The position numbers were made by a program, and so were the translations under genes. Below the pieces are notes generated by a model. That model searched no databases. It was given only the letters and a program-made list of their open reading frames with translations, and had not been told where the DNA came from. From the NCBI GenBank assembly GCA_051532055.1, contig JAOPTX010000044.1, forward strand, positions 1 to 64,000: a DNA stretch of 64,000 nucleotides, written 5' to 3'. Positions 47,905 to 58,917 of this stretch are shown here, one piece after another. Source of the stretch: Fibrobacterales bacterium (GTDB lineage: Bacteria; Fibrobacterota; Fibrobacteria; Fibrobacterales; JAOPTW01). The first letter of the stretch is position 1. Each line of letters opens with the position of its first letter.

Positions 47905-50900
47905 ATGAAAGAGATACAAACTGTTATATCAGAAAAGCTATTCCCGAGTTTTGCATGTATTGAGACCAGTACTGATGCAAGCTTAGTTCCCCATTTATCG
48001 GGTTTTACCGATGTTTCAAAAGCAGCCTGTATTGCGCAAAATTATTCGAGTCATCCTCGACGTTTTTTAGTGCTTTGTCCTGATGTGCGGAGTGCGGATT
48101 CTCTCGCAGACGATTTAGGTACTTTTGTCGGAGATGAACAGGTGGTACGGGTGCCAGAGCTAGAGCTGAATCCCTACGAATGGAGAACTCCCTTTACTAA
48201 TGTAGTAGAGTCACGGCTTCATTTTTTAAATCGACTGAGTGATACGTCACCATTTATTGCCGTTGCAACACTAAAGGCTGCTCTCGAAAAAATGGCTGAC
48301 CCTGCACAGTTAAAGTCTACTATTGTGACCCTCTCTGTTGGAGGTGAAATAGAATTTGACGATCTGCGTGAGACCTTAATGATTATGGGGTTTAGTGAAG
48401 AGCCTATGGTAGAAAATATTGGTGAGTTTTCTATTCGTGGTTGTATTGTTGATATTTATCCCTTTTTAGCTGACCACCCATTACGACTTGAATTTCTTGA
48501 TACTGAGATTGAATCGATTCGAGAGTTCGATATTTTTAGCCAACTTTCGCGGGGTAAAAAAGAACATGTAGTACTTATGCCTATGGAAGAATTTTGCTAT
48601 TCTGCTGATATGCTCGATGAGGGTGTATTACAAATGATGGATGCTCATGATGGTGCTGATACCATCGAAGCGGTTCAGACTGCGATTATTGAGCAGCGAG
48701 ATTTCACGGGTATTCACTGGATGCGCTCATTTTTTCAGCCACTGACTCATTCGCTCTTTGAGGTGATGGGAGACGCAGTAACGCTTTTTTATACTGATAA
48801 TGGGGAAATAGAATCTGCTGTTGATGCCTATCATGCCCAATTAGAAAAAGGATTTAGTGAAGCCCTAGAAAGTGGACATCTCCCTGCTCGACCGACCGAC
48901 CTTTTTTATACAGGTACTGAACTTGATCGTTTGATACGGTCGACTACACGGGCTTGTTTTACTCGGCTATCGTGGGAGGGCAAAAGTTCATTCGAATATA
49001 CCATTACCGATCAGCAGCGGAGTTCTGCAGGTATACAGCAACTTGATGAAACCTCAGCAGAGCTAGAAGAACAGGGGTATAAGGTCTACCTCGTCTCCTC
49101 AAATCAAGGGCAGGCTGAACGACTGAAAAAACTCGTTTCAGATATGGCTTTTTCTGAAGTACTCATTGGACACCTCTCCTCTGGCTTTATTGTCGAAGAT
49201 GAGAAGGTGGCACTTTTTACTGATCACCAGATTTTTAACAAATTTAGTCGAAAGGTTAGGCAACAAAAATACAAAGGGGGAGTAGCGATCCCTTCATTTG
49301 AGGCCCTGACTCGGGGTGACTGTATTATTCACCAAGATTATGGAATTGGTAAGTATATCGGTATTCAGAGAATCGAGATTAAAGGGGGTCATATTGACTG
49401 TATCCTTCTTGAGTACTCGGGTAAAGACCGCTTAACGGTTCCGGTTGAAGATCTACAAAAATTAGAGAAATATGTATCTAAAGATGGCCCTGAACCAAAT
49501 CTTAATAAGTTAGGTACGAAGACTTGGGCGAGTTTAAAAGAGCGCGCCAAAAAGAAAGTGGTAAAAATTGCTAAGGAGCTTGTTGAACTCTATGCTAAGC
49601 GTCAATTGGCAAAAGGGCACTCCTTTACTGCTCATAATCCACTACAGGTGGAGTTTGAACAGGCATTTGAATTTGAGCCAACTCCTGATCAACAGAGTGC
49701 TTCAGAGGCTTGTAAAAAAGACCTTGAGCGAACAATGCCTATGGATCGTTTGGTGTGTGGTGATGTTGGGTTTGGTAAAACTGAAGTTGCCATGCGTGCT
49801 GCATTTAAGGTTGTGTGTGAGAAAAAGCAAGTAGCGATTCTGGTGCCGACTACCATTTTGGCAACACAGCATTTTAATAGTTTTGTTGAACGCCTGGCTT
49901 CATGGCCGGTTGAAATAGAGTTCCTCAATCGTTTTAAAAGCACCAAAGAGAAAAAAGAGGTGTATGAGAAGTTGAGTACCGGTAGAGTTGATATTGTTGT
50001 GGGTACCCACGCGCTTCTTTCTAAAGAGATCTCTTTTAAAGATCTGGGACTTATTATTGTTGATGAAGAACAGAAATTTGGAGTAAAGCAGAAAGAGCGC
50101 TTAATGGAATTGAAGCTTTCTGTTGATTTCCTCTGTATGAGTGCAACTCCTATTCCGAGAACACTTCACCTCTCTCTCGCAGGGGCTCGTGATGTCTCGC
50201 TTATTTCAACACCGCCTCGTAACCGTCTCCCTATTGAAACACGGGTGATGCATTTTGACAAAAAAGTAATTCAGAATGCCATTTATAATGAGATGAACCG
50301 AGGGGGTCAGGTATTTGTAGTAAATGATCGTGTACGTACCATAATGGAAGTCGCTGAAGAGATTGAAGAGTTGGTTCCCGAGGCCCGTGTCTGTGTTGGC
50401 CATGGACAAATGAACGCCACAGATCTTGAACAGGTGATGGCAGCATTTATCAATAGAGAATTTGATGTTTTGGTGAGTACCACTATTATTGAATCGGGCC
50501 TTGATATCCCGTCAGCCAATACAATGATTATAAATAATGCACATAATTTTGGTGTGTCACAACTGTATCAATTACGTGGGCGTGTGGGTCGTTCAGGCCT
50601 TAAAGCATGGGCGTATCTCATTACTCCACACAATAAGGTGCTATCTGATGATGCCGAAAAACGATTAAAAGCACTAGAAATGTTTACGGATCTGGGGTCT
50701 GGATATCAATTAGCCCTACGAGACCTTGAAATTAGAGGGGCGGGAAATCTATTAGGTACGCAACAGAGTGGTCATATTGCTGAGCTTGGCTATGAAACCT
50801 ATGTGAAAATGATCCGGGAAGCAGTTAATGAACTTCGAGGGGAGCATGAAGAACCGGATATTTCTACTAAGGTAGAACTCTCAGTAGACTCCTTTATTCC

Positions 50901-51312
50901 TGAATCTTATGTTGAAGACGGCCTACAGAGAATATCTCTTTATCAGAAAATTGCTCGACTCGAAACGATGGATGAGGTTTATCGCTTAAAAAGTGAGTTT
51001 CAGGATCGATATGGTGATCTTCCTGCACCATGTGAAATGTTACTCGGTTCTGTTGAAATGCGAATAGCGGCTAAAAGTATGGGTGTTGAGAAGGTAGAAA
51101 TTGAGAAACATCTACTGGTGCTCACCTTTTCGGAATTTTATAAGCCAAAACCTGAACAGTATGCGGTGATGATGGAGCGCTGTAATCGGCCAATTCGTCT
51201 AATATATGAGGAGCCGATACAGGCAGTTGTGGATCTTAATGGGAAAAATGAGACAGAGAAGTGCGCTCAGTCTCTAGAAATTATCAAAAAATTGGCAGGT
51301 GTGGACAAATAG
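47905..51312 (+). CDS. mfd: Transcription-repair coupling factor
   Basis: PMDRLVCGDVGFGKTEVA, DEEQKFGV, SATPIPRT, QLRGRVGRS, DLEIRGAGNLLG. Confidence 0.97.
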   Translation: MKEIQTVISEKLFPSFACIETSTDASLVPHLSGFTDVSKAACIAQNYSSHPRRFLVLCPDVRSADSLADDLGTFVGDEQVVRVPELELNPYEWRTPFTNVVESRLHFLNRLSDTSPFIAVATLKAALEKMADPAQLKSTIVTLSVGGEIEFDDLRETLMIMGFSEEPMVENIGEFSIRGCIVDIYPFLADHPLRLEFLDTEIESIREFDIFSQLSRGKKEHVVLMPMEEFCYSADMLDEGVLQMMDAHDGADTIEAVQTAIIEQRDFTGIHWMRSFFQPLTHSLFEVMGDAVTLFYTDNGEIESAVDAYHAQLEKGFSEALESGHLPARPTDLFYTGTELDRLIRSTTRACFTRLSWEGKSSFEYTITDQQRSSAGIQQLDETSAELEEQGYKVYLVSSNQGQAERLKKLVSDMAFSEVLIGHLSSGFIVEDEKVALFTDHQIFNKFSRKVRQQKYKGGVAIPSFEALTRGDCIIHQDYGIGKYIGIQRIEIKGGHIDCILLEYSGKDRLTVPVEDLQKLEKYVSKDGPEPNLNKLGTKTWASLKERAKKKVVKIAKELVELYAKRQLAKGHSFTAHNPLQVEFEQAFEFEPTPDQQSASEACKKDLERTMPMDRLVCGDVGFGKTEVAMRAAFKVVCEKKQVAILVPTTILATQHFNSFVERLASWPVEIEFLNRFKSTKEKKEVYEKLSTGRVDIVVGTHALLSKEISFKDLGLIIVDEEQKFGVKQKERLMELKLSVDFLCMSATPIPRTLHLSLAGARDVSLISTPPRNRLPIETRVMHFDKKVIQNAIYNEMNRGGQVFVVNDRVRTIMEVAEEIEELVPEARVCVGHGQMNATDLEQVMAAFINREFDVLVSTTIIESGLDIPSANTMIINNAHNFGVSQLYQLRGRVGRSGLKAWAYLITPHNKVLSDDAEKRLKALEMFTDLGSGYQLALRDLEIRGAGNLLGTQQSGHIAELGYETYVKMIREAVNELRGEHEEPDISTKVELSVDSFIPESYVEDGLQRISLYQKIARLETMDEVYRLKSEFQDRYGDLPAPCEMLLGSVEMRIAAKSMGVEKVEIEKHLLVLTFSEFYKPKPEQYAVMMERCNRPIRLIYEEPIQAVVDLNGKNETEKCAQSLEIIKKLAGVDK

Positions 51313-51428
51313 CTTTTCTCCTGCGTAAATATGAGTTTAAAAGTTCCCTTGATTGAATAAAATTGGGGAATTTAGTATTTTCTAGCAGAACGGCATAATA
51401 TTCTGTTCATCACATTTTGGGAGTCCAA

Positions 51429-52265
51429 ATGAAAATATTCCTCGGTCTAGTTCTACTTGTTGTAGTTTCGTGTAAAACCACAGAAACAAAAAATATCGTC
51501 GCACAGGTAGGAGGAAGCGTTCTTACCCAAGATGATCTCAGTGCGCGAGTACCTAAAGAATACAGTGAGTTATTAAGTAGAGAACAGTATCTTGATATGG
51601 TACATCGTTGGATGGATACTGAAGTACTGTATACTATTGCTCTTGAAAGAAAACTTGATAACAAAGACAAATTTAAAAAGCAGATGATTGAGATTGAGAA
51701 GAAAATTCTCGTTGATAATGTGGTTGCTGATATTCTCAAAGAGATTGAAGATCCTAACGACGAGCAAATCAAGAACTTTTTTAAGGAAAATGGTGATCTT
51801 TTCAAACGAAGTGAGGCCGTATATAAAACTCGCTTTATTGGCACCCAAACAGTGACGGGCTCTTGGAAACTGCGCCAACGCATTACAGATCAACGGAGAG
51901 TGAATAAGAGTAAAACTCCCTATATGGATGTAGAACGTTCAGTTCGTCGTGAGAAGGGATTTACTGTTACCCTTAATGACTATAGGACCATCGGGGAATA
52001 TCCGGAATGTTTTAGGAAAACTATTAGCACAATGCGTGTTGGTACGACGAGTGTGCCAAATCGATGCGATGATCAAGTGGTCGTAGTACATCTCGAAGAG
52101 CGTGAACTTGAAGGGGCGACAAAGTTCTACCATGAGGTTGAAAATGAAATTGCGCAAGTAATGAAAAAAGAAACCTTAAAAAATAAGTTAAACCAAATGA
52201 TTGAACGCACAAAAGGCAGACTGCTCATTAGTGTGGACCTCGAAAATATTCCTCAAAAACAATAA
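51429..52265 (+). CDS. Lipoprotein, parvulin/PpiC-like chaperone (degenerate rotamase domain)
   Basis: Lipobox VVSC, VAQVGGSVLT..DL; lies between mfd and surA. Confidence 0.7.
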   Translation: MKIFLGLVLLVVVSCKTTETKNIVAQVGGSVLTQDDLSARVPKEYSELLSREQYLDMVHRWMDTEVLYTIALERKLDNKDKFKKQMIEIEKKILVDNVVADILKEIEDPNDEQIKNFFKENGDLFKRSEAVYKTRFIGTQTVTGSWKLRQRITDQRRVNKSKTPYMDVERSVRREKGFTVTLNDYRTIGEYPECFRKTISTMRVGTTSVPNRCDDQVVVVHLEERELEGATKFYHEVENEIAQVMKKETLKNKLNQMIERTKGRLLISVDLENIPQKQ

Positions 52266-52274
52266 AGAAATATT

Positions 52275-53588
52275 ATGAAAAAAATCTATGTATCTCTCGC
52301 ACTGATAGTAGCGTCATTGATATCACCTGCTCTTGCAGCTAAAAAAGCTGAATCCTATGAACGAATCGTAGCGGTCGTTGATGGGAAGGTGATTCTCGAA
52401 TCTGATATCATGGAAGCACTCTATCAATATAGTGCACTTCCAGACTTTAGTACTCTCGATGGATTAGAACTTAAAGCGAAGGTACTTGATAAGCTGATTG
52501 ATGAAAAAATTGTTCTTGCAAAAGCACGCCTTGATACTCTGCTTGTAGGCCCTGATGAACTTAATGAATTGGTGGATAACCACATTGCTAAGCTTGCGGT
52601 TAATATTCCTAATAAAGCACAATTGGCTCAAAGGATTCTTCAAGAAACGGGTATGACGATGACTAAATTTCGTGAGTATGTCGGAGGACAGTTATCGCAA
52701 CAAGCGATTCTTAATAAAGTACGTGGAAAATATGTTGGCCGCCTCCTTCCAACCCCCAAAGATGTTGAACAGTTCTACATAGAAAATAAGGAGAAACTCC
52801 CTAAGCAGTATAACTGTTTTAAATTAAGGAAACTCACTCTAGAAATTAAGCCTAATAGAGAGAGACTGGATTCAGTGCGGGCACTTGCAGATTCACTTAT
52901 TAGTGAGCTCAATAAAGGTGTTGCATTTGATACTCTTGCAGATACCTGGTCTCAGGACTTTACATCAGGAAGTGGTGGTGATCTGGGCTTTTTTAAGAAA
53001 GGGGCTCACGATCCAGAATTTGAGAGGTATGCATTTCGTACTCCAATTGGTCGGTATACTGAGTTCCCAATTCATACTAAAATAGGATATCACATTATAA
53101 AGGTCCTCCAAAGACAGGATAATGAAATCCAAGCTGCTCATATCCTGTTAAGGGTTGAGCCTAATAGTGCAGATACGTTAGAAGTTAAAAAAATGGCTGA
53201 CTCGGTTGTAACTCTTATCGCGAAAGGAGAGTCATTTGCCACCCTCTCACAAAAATATTCAAGTGATAACGCAACCAATAAAAGAGGTGGGCTACTTGGG
53301 TGGTTTGAGCAGTCTCAGGTTGAACCCTCACTAACGCCAGCGCTTCAAGGACTTCAAGAGAAAAGTGCTTCTGAGCCCTTTCTTGTTGAGGACACCTGGA
53401 ATGTACTCTATCTTGAACAAAAGCTAGCTGAACGTACTCTTACTATAGGTGATGATTTTCCTCAGTTGGAGATGATGGCCATGAATGACCTTTCACAAAA
53501 AAAGTTGGAAGGGTATTTGAAGAAATGGCGCAGTCTGGTTTATGTCAATATACTTGATGAAAACCTTAAGAAATTAGTATTACCTTAA
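52275..53588 (+). CDS. surA: Periplasmic chaperone/PPIase SurA
   Basis: RIVAVVDGKVILESD; two parvulin domains (GGDLGF..FE..AF, GYHIIK; GGLLGW). Confidence 0.88.
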   Translation: MKKIYVSLALIVASLISPALAAKKAESYERIVAVVDGKVILESDIMEALYQYSALPDFSTLDGLELKAKVLDKLIDEKIVLAKARLDTLLVGPDELNELVDNHIAKLAVNIPNKAQLAQRILQETGMTMTKFREYVGGQLSQQAILNKVRGKYVGRLLPTPKDVEQFYIENKEKLPKQYNCFKLRKLTLEIKPNRERLDSVRALADSLISELNKGVAFDTLADTWSQDFTSGSGGDLGFFKKGAHDPEFERYAFRTPIGRYTEFPIHTKIGYHIIKVLQRQDNEIQAAHILLRVEPNSADTLEVKKMADSVVTLIAKGESFATLSQKYSSDNATNKRGGLLGWFEQSQVEPSLTPALQGLQEKSASEPFLVEDTWNVLYLEQKLAERTLTIGDDFPQLEMMAMNDLSQKKLEGYLKKWRSLVYVNILDENLKKLVLP

Positions 53589-53602
53589 TCTGGTCGTTAT
53601 AG

Positions 53603-54352
53603 ATGTGCACACAATCGTATAACTCTTATGTACATATAAGCTCATGGTACGATCAAATTATGTGCCATGTAGACTATTCAGAGTGGTCACAGTATATTAC
53701 TAAATTGCTAGAAAAACATAGTGTTGCACCAACAAAAATTCTTGAGCTTGGTGCGGGGACCTGTCAGCATGCGCGTTTTCTAGACTTTGGTTCAGATGCA
53801 TATACGGTCTATACAGACCTTTCTGAAACAATGATTAAAAATGCATGGAGTAAAGAACTACTGAACACTGCGTGTTGTGATATGAGAGCTCTTCCGTTTA
53901 AGCCTCATTTTGATTTTGTTATGATGCTTTATGATGCATTCAATTATATGGTTACCGAGTATGAAGTTGAGGATATGTTCAAAGAGGTCTATCGAGTGTT
54001 AGAGCCGAAGGGCCATTTTCTATTTGATATGACAACTGAGTACAATTCAGAGACTTACTTCATGGATGATACTTTTCATGAAGAATGTGGTGATTTTGAA
54101 TATGTACGCAACTCTTGGTATGATCCCAATAATAATCTTCAACATAATGACTTTATTTTTTATATCCAAACAGAGAATGGACTCTATGCGAAAATTGAAG
54201 AAGATCATATTCAAAAAGTCTATCCTTATAAGCAGGTTATTGCACAGTGTAAAGCCGCTGGTTTTGTTGTAAAAGGTGCCTACTCTGAACAGACCTTTAA
54301 AAAGCCTAGTGGGAAATCACTCAGAATTCATCTTTTGGTGCAAAAGTCATGA
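53603..54352 (+). CDS. Class I SAM-dependent methyltransferase
   Basis: ILELGAGT, DLSETM, CDMRALP, G.FLFD. Confidence 0.85.
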   Translation: MCTQSYNSYVHISSWYDQIMCHVDYSEWSQYITKLLEKHSVAPTKILELGAGTCQHARFLDFGSDAYTVYTDLSETMIKNAWSKELLNTACCDMRALPFKPHFDFVMMLYDAFNYMVTEYEVEDMFKEVYRVLEPKGHFLFDMTTEYNSETYFMDDTFHEECGDFEYVRNSWYDPNNNLQHNDFIFYIQTENGLYAKIEEDHIQKVYPYKQVIAQCKAAGFVVKGAYSEQTFKKPSGKSLRIHLLVQKS

Positions 54353-55032
54353 TCCATTTTCAACATGTCAGTAAAACGTTTGATGGTTATCGGGCTCTGG
54401 ATGATGTCACATTGAAGATCAGTAAGGGAGAATTTGTTTTTCTTACGGGAAGTTCAGGGGCAGGTAAAACAACGTTACTCAAACATATATACATGCAAGA
54501 GCGTCCAGACCCTAAGGGAGGGCAGGTGCTTATCTCTTATGGACAAGAGAATGTGTATGACTCGAAAAATGCTTCACTCGCTCAGGTTCAGTTGTTTCGT
54601 CGCAAATTGGGCATCATATTTCAAGACTTTAAATTACTTACCGATAGATCGGTCTTTGATAACATTGCGTTTACTCTACGCATTACCGGCTACCCGTCAC
54701 ATAAGATAAAAGAGCGGGTGCATGAGGTGATGAATTATCTGGGAATTACTCACCGAAGATCATTGCATCCCTTGGCTCTCTCAGGTGGGGAACAACAGCG
54801 CGTTGCAATTGCACGAGCAATGGTACATAATCCTTCAGTTATTGTAGCTGATGAACCAACAGGTAACCTTGATCCAGAAAATGCACAACAGGTATTTGAA
54901 ATTTTAAAAGATATTAACGCTCAAGGAACTACTATAGTCATGGCTACACATAATCCGGGCCTCTATGAATATAGTACTTTTAGACGTATTATTCTTGATC
55001 GAGGTCGAGTAATGAACCGGGATATGATTTAA
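54349..55032 (+). CDS. ftsE: Cell-division ABC ATPase FtsE
   Basis: [59 protein letters not shown]. Confidence 0.88.
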   Translation: MIHFQHVSKTFDGYRALDDVTLKISKGEFVFLTGSSGAGKTTLLKHIYMQERPDPKGGQVLISYGQENVYDSKNASLAQVQLFRRKLGIIFQDFKLLTDRSVFDNIAFTLRITGYPSHKIKERVHEVMNYLGITHRRSLHPLALSGGEQQRVAIARAMVHNPSVIVADEPTGNLDPENAQQVFEILKDINAQGTTIVMATHNPGLYEYSTFRRIILDRGRVMNRDMI

Positions 55033-55691
55033 TGTCCAAAAAATATCAATGGATATTATTTGATTGGAATGGTACTCTTCTCGATGATGTAGAGTATGGA
55101 CTCGGTGTTGTAAATACCATCTGTAAACAGTATTCAGTACCCGAGATAACTCATGAGTGGTATTTAGACAATTTTGGATTTCCTCTTTTTGAGTTTTACG
55201 AAAAGCTTGGTTTTGATTTTAAAGAGTACTCTTTTGACGACCTTGCACAGGTTTTTATGAGTATTTATCACGCTGCTCTCGATACTGTTCCACTCCATAC
55301 TGGTACTTTAGAAGTACTCGAAACCCTAGGTCAGGACTATTCATTGGGTATAATTTCGGCGTATAAACAAGAACGTTTGGATGTTGCCGTTAAAGAGTAT
55401 GGCGTTGACTCCTTTTTTACTGCGGTTTACGGAGTATCGGATGATCGGGCTCATTCAAAAAGTCACTCTCTTAAAGAAATGCTCGACCGATACCAAATCG
55501 ATCCTCAGCATACCCTTTTGGTTGGGGATACCTTACACGATTTTGAAGTAGCTCAAGAGAATGGTATCGATGCACTTCTTATCGAAGCAGGACATCAATC
55601 AATGAAGCAGTGGCACGCAATATTAGATGAGACACACTTATTAAAAGCCTTGCATGAACTACCTGCATGGCTCCGTTCTCAGGGTGACTAA
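55032..55691 (+). CDS. HAD-family hydrolase (phosphoglycolate phosphatase-like)
   Basis: FDWNGTLLDD, ISA, K, VGDTLHD. Confidence 0.85.
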   Translation: MSKKYQWILFDWNGTLLDDVEYGLGVVNTICKQYSVPEITHEWYLDNFGFPLFEFYEKLGFDFKEYSFDDLAQVFMSIYHAALDTVPLHTGTLEVLETLGQDYSLGIISAYKQERLDVAVKEYGVDSFFTAVYGVSDDRAHSKSHSLKEMLDRYQIDPQHTLLVGDTLHDFEVAQENGIDALLIEAGHQSMKQWHAILDETHLLKALHELPAWLRSQGD

Positions 55692-56623
55692 TGTCGGTTC
55701 CCCTATTAATTGTTGGTCTTAATCCATCATGGCAGCGTGTGATGCATGTACCTTCACTCATAATTGGAGAAGTTAATCGAGTGACGTCGGTACAGGAATT
55801 CCCATCGGGTAAGGGAATTAACTGTGCTATGGCGGCAAGGACTTGGGGAGCTCAGGTGACCCTTGCTCATGTTCTCTCAGGTTCTAAAGCAGGTGCAATT
55901 ACTCAGTTTTTGACAGAAAATGCTATTGGATCTCTCATCTGTAGTGGTGAGGGAGAGGTTCGATTTTGTCACTCGCTTATAAGCGACGTTGATTCTGTAA
56001 CTGAAATTATTGAACCTGGGTTAACTGTTACAGAGCAAGATATGGTAGCATTTGCTGATCAATTAGAAATGGAAGTATCAAGATATGCCTATGTCGCTTT
56101 TTGTGGAACCTACCCTCAAGGGACCCCTGACTACCTTTTCGATACACTCTTTAAAAAAATGAAGGAGTGTCGAGTAGTTCTTGATGGCGTTAAAAAAGTC
56201 GAGCCTATATTAAAACATGGTGTCTGGCTTCTCAAGATAAATAAGGATGAGTTGTTAGAACTCGTTGCTACTGACGATGTAGTAGTTGGATGGCATAGAC
56301 TTCAAAAAAAATATACCATAGAACAGATTGTGGTTACCGATGGTTCACGATCAACATGGTATTGTAATGGGGAAGAATTGCGAGAGTATCAACAGCCTGT
56401 ACTTGACACTGTTGTGAATCCTATTGGAGCGGGTGATGTTTTCTTGGGGAGTCTTCTTGCGCAAATTACTGAAGGTGTATCATTACATGATGCAATGGCT
56501 GGTTCTCTGGGAGCAGCACAAGTGAAGTGTTCTTATGTTACTCCGTGGGGGTGGAGTAGGAATGAAGCAATCGAATGGGGCACTGAAATAACATCCCAAA
56601 TAATGCCATGCTGTGATAAATAA
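55691..56623 (+). CDS. PfkB-family sugar kinase (1-phosphofructokinase-like)
   Basis: LNPS, GEVNR, GKGIN, KINKDE, NPIGAGD. Confidence 0.85.
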   Translation: MSVPLLIVGLNPSWQRVMHVPSLIIGEVNRVTSVQEFPSGKGINCAMAARTWGAQVTLAHVLSGSKAGAITQFLTENAIGSLICSGEGEVRFCHSLISDVDSVTEIIEPGLTVTEQDMVAFADQLEMEVSRYAYVAFCGTYPQGTPDYLFDTLFKKMKECRVVLDGVKKVEPILKHGVWLLKINKDELLELVATDDVVVGWHRLQKKYTIEQIVVTDGSRSTWYCNGEELREYQQPVLDTVVNPIGAGDVFLGSLLAQITEGVSLHDAMAGSLGAAQVKCSYVTPWGWSRNEAIEWGTEITSQIMPCCDK

Positions 56624-56652
56624 AAAAGCCCCAACTTAAGTAAGTTGGGGCT
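56622..56652 (-). terminator. Terminator between convergent genes
   Basis: aaaaaagccccaactta-ag-taagttggggct. Confidence 0.8.
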
Positions 56653-56673
56653 AAAATTTTTAATAGAGTAGTG

Positions 56674-57663
56674 TTACCACTCAGCACTCATATCGGGTTT
56701 ATTCCCCAAAACTTCATCAATGGCTGTCATTATTTCTTCGGTAAGACTTTTTTTGATTTCAATAGCTTTCATATTTTCAGTAACCTGTTCAATGCGGCTC
56801 GCGCCAGTAATAACTGATGAAACATGAGGATTCTTGAGGCACCATGCAAGAGCAAGTTGTGCTGTTGAACAGCCAAGGTCTTGAGCTATCTCGGTGATTT
56901 TCTTGATTTTTATAATAACCTCATCACCACTTAAGAAGCCCCCTTCATTTTGAAACATATCTCGAAGCCAATCAACTTGGGCGAGGCGTGAATCTTTAGG
57001 GATGCCATTATTATATTTACCGGTAAGAACACCACTGGCAAGGGGGCTCCAGATTGTTGTGCCGAGGCCATACTTTGCATAGAGAGGAGCAAACTCTCGT
57101 TCTACTTTGTCACGAACAAGCATGTTATATTGAGGCTGCTCCATAGTTGGACGCATGAGACCAAGGCGGTCACATATATCAATAGCTTCTTGAATCTCTT
57201 TGGCAGTCCATTCTGAGGTTCCCCAATAAAAAGCATATCCTTTCTCAATACACCAGTTCATAGCTCTCACCGTTTCTTCAATAGGAGTATGAGGGTCTGG
57301 GCGATGACAATAGAGGAGGTCTACATAATCGAGGTCAAATCTTTTAAGAGCATTTTGAGTTCCCTCAATAATATGTTTTCGTGAAAGCCCCTCTTGGTTT
57401 GGTTTTTTTCCACCCCAGAAAATTTTTGTAGATATGACCAATTCATCTCGATTGAATTCTTTGAGTGCTTCACCCATAACCACTTCGGCTTTACCACCGG
57501 CATAGGCTTCGGCGTTGTCAAAAAAGTTGACGCCTGCTTCAAATGCAGCATGCATACATTTTTTGGCTTCAGCGATACCGAGCTGATCGTGAAAAGTTAC
57601 CCATGAGCCAAAGGAGAGTTCACTCACCTGCAAGCCAGATGTTCCGAGTCGATTATATTGCAT
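56674..57663 (-). CDS. Aldo/keto reductase (Kv-beta-like subfamily)
   Basis: SGLQVSELSFGSW, FDNAEAY, STKIFWGG, YCHRPD, EQPQYNM, WSPLASG. Confidence 0.92.
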   Translation of the reverse strand: MQYNRLGTSGLQVSELSFGSWVTFHDQLGIAEAKKCMHAAFEAGVNFFDNAEAYAGGKAEVVMGEALKEFNRDELVISTKIFWGGKKPNQEGLSRKHIIEGTQNALKRFDLDYVDLLYCHRPDPHTPIEETVRAMNWCIEKGYAFYWGTSEWTAKEIQEAIDICDRLGLMRPTMEQPQYNMLVRDKVEREFAPLYAKYGLGTTIWSPLASGVLTGKYNNGIPKDSRLAQVDWLRDMFQNEGGFLSGDEVIIKIKKITEIAQDLGCSTAQLALAWCLKNPHVSSVITGASRIEQVTENMKAIEIKKSLTEEIMTAIDEVLGNKPDMSAEW

Positions 57664-57681
57664 ATAAATCCTTAGTGGAGG

Positions 57682-58719
57682 TTATTTCGTTAAAGGGGTT
57701 ACATTGTGTACAAGACCACTGCTGATACTCATCGAGTCATTGGCGGTGATAATTATTGCTTCGAGAGATTCTATTTTTTCTACCAGTGCTATTGCGGAGT
57801 CTACTGGGAGTATAAAGAGGTAAGTCGCCCAGAAATCTGTGGACATTCCACCTTGGCTCACCACAGAGACGCTTTTTTTATCGGTAATAGAATAACCGGT
57901 TTTGGGGTTAATAATATGGTGATGTTTAGTATCGGTTGCATCAACAAAATATTTTTCGTACCCACCAGATGTTGCCATGCTGTTGAGTTTAGGGTGAGAA
58001 AGAGAGAGCGCAGCCTTGAGGCCATCGGGGGAGTTGGGGTCTTGTATGCCTACAGTCCAAGAACGGTTTTTAGGGTTCTGCCCTTTATAAATAATATCAC
58101 CACCCACTTCCAGAAGATAGTGTTCAATATTAAAATGGGAGAAAATTGATTCTGCAAGATCAAGAGCTTTGCCTTTAGAAAATGAACCGAGGGCAAAGTG
58201 TTCGCCAGTACGTTCAATAATCATTGATTGTGTTGCACTGTCTAATCGATAAAAGGGAGTGCTCATTTTGTCGACTAAATAGTGTATCGATGAATCACTA
58301 GGGAGGTGCGGGGTCATGTTCCAGAGGAGACCATACTCTCTCAGTAAGTTTCCGATACCCACATTGATTGCACCGTCTGTTTGAGTAAAGGTAGTGAGGC
58401 CATAGGCAAAGAGTTCAAAGAGGACCGGGCTCAATGGGATTTGAGCACCAGAATCAGCATAAAACACCATAGAATCCAGAGAAGAGTTGGCTTGGACCTG
58501 TTCGGTAAAGGTTGTAAAGGTTGATACAAGTGAATCATAGACAAGACTGTCTGTTGATAACGATGTATGATGAGTAAGGTTTATTTGTGTATAGAGATTA
58601 GTAAAGTGGTGTTTATGCCACGTATATTCAGAAGGAAGGGGGCGTTGCGATCTGAAATAGTACTGCATTCCAATTATAGTGAGGAGGGCAATCCCAAGAA
58701 TAGTGATTTTTTTGATCAT
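57682..58719 (-). CDS. apbE: FAD:protein FMN transferase ApbE
   Basis: TDGAINV.IG, LGSFSKG, EVGGD, W.VGIQDP, MATSGGYE, HHIINPKTG. Confidence 0.88.
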   Translation of the reverse strand: MIKKITILGIALLTIIGMQYYFRSQRPLPSEYTWHKHHFTNLYTQINLTHHTSLSTDSLVYDSLVSTFTTFTEQVQANSSLDSMVFYADSGAQIPLSPVLFELFAYGLTTFTQTDGAINVGIGNLLREYGLLWNMTPHLPSDSSIHYLVDKMSTPFYRLDSATQSMIIERTGEHFALGSFSKGKALDLAESIFSHFNIEHYLLEVGGDIIYKGQNPKNRSWTVGIQDPNSPDGLKAALSLSHPKLNSMATSGGYEKYFVDATDTKHHHIINPKTGYSITDKKSVSVVSQGGMSTDFWATYLFILPVDSAIALVEKIESLEAIIITANDSMSISSGLVHNVTPLTK

Positions 58720-58863
58720 AAGAGGTGGTGGCTCGTTGTTTCAATAAAGTATAGTAATTATGCTCACTGTTGGGCTGTTCAGAGCATAGAATGAGTATCC
58801 GTTTTACAATAGCGGTTTATTTTTAGAGATACCTATAACCGGTATTCAAAGATTCTGTAATTT

Positions 58864-58890
58864 ACATCGGCTCTCGATTAAGCTATTTTA
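58864..58890 (-). promoter_or_regulatory. Putative sigma-28 (FliA) promoter
   Basis: TAAA-N15-GCCGATGT on the - strand, facing apbE. Confidence 0.4.
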
Positions 58891-58917
58891 ATCATAATTA
58901 TATTAGACGGTACACCA

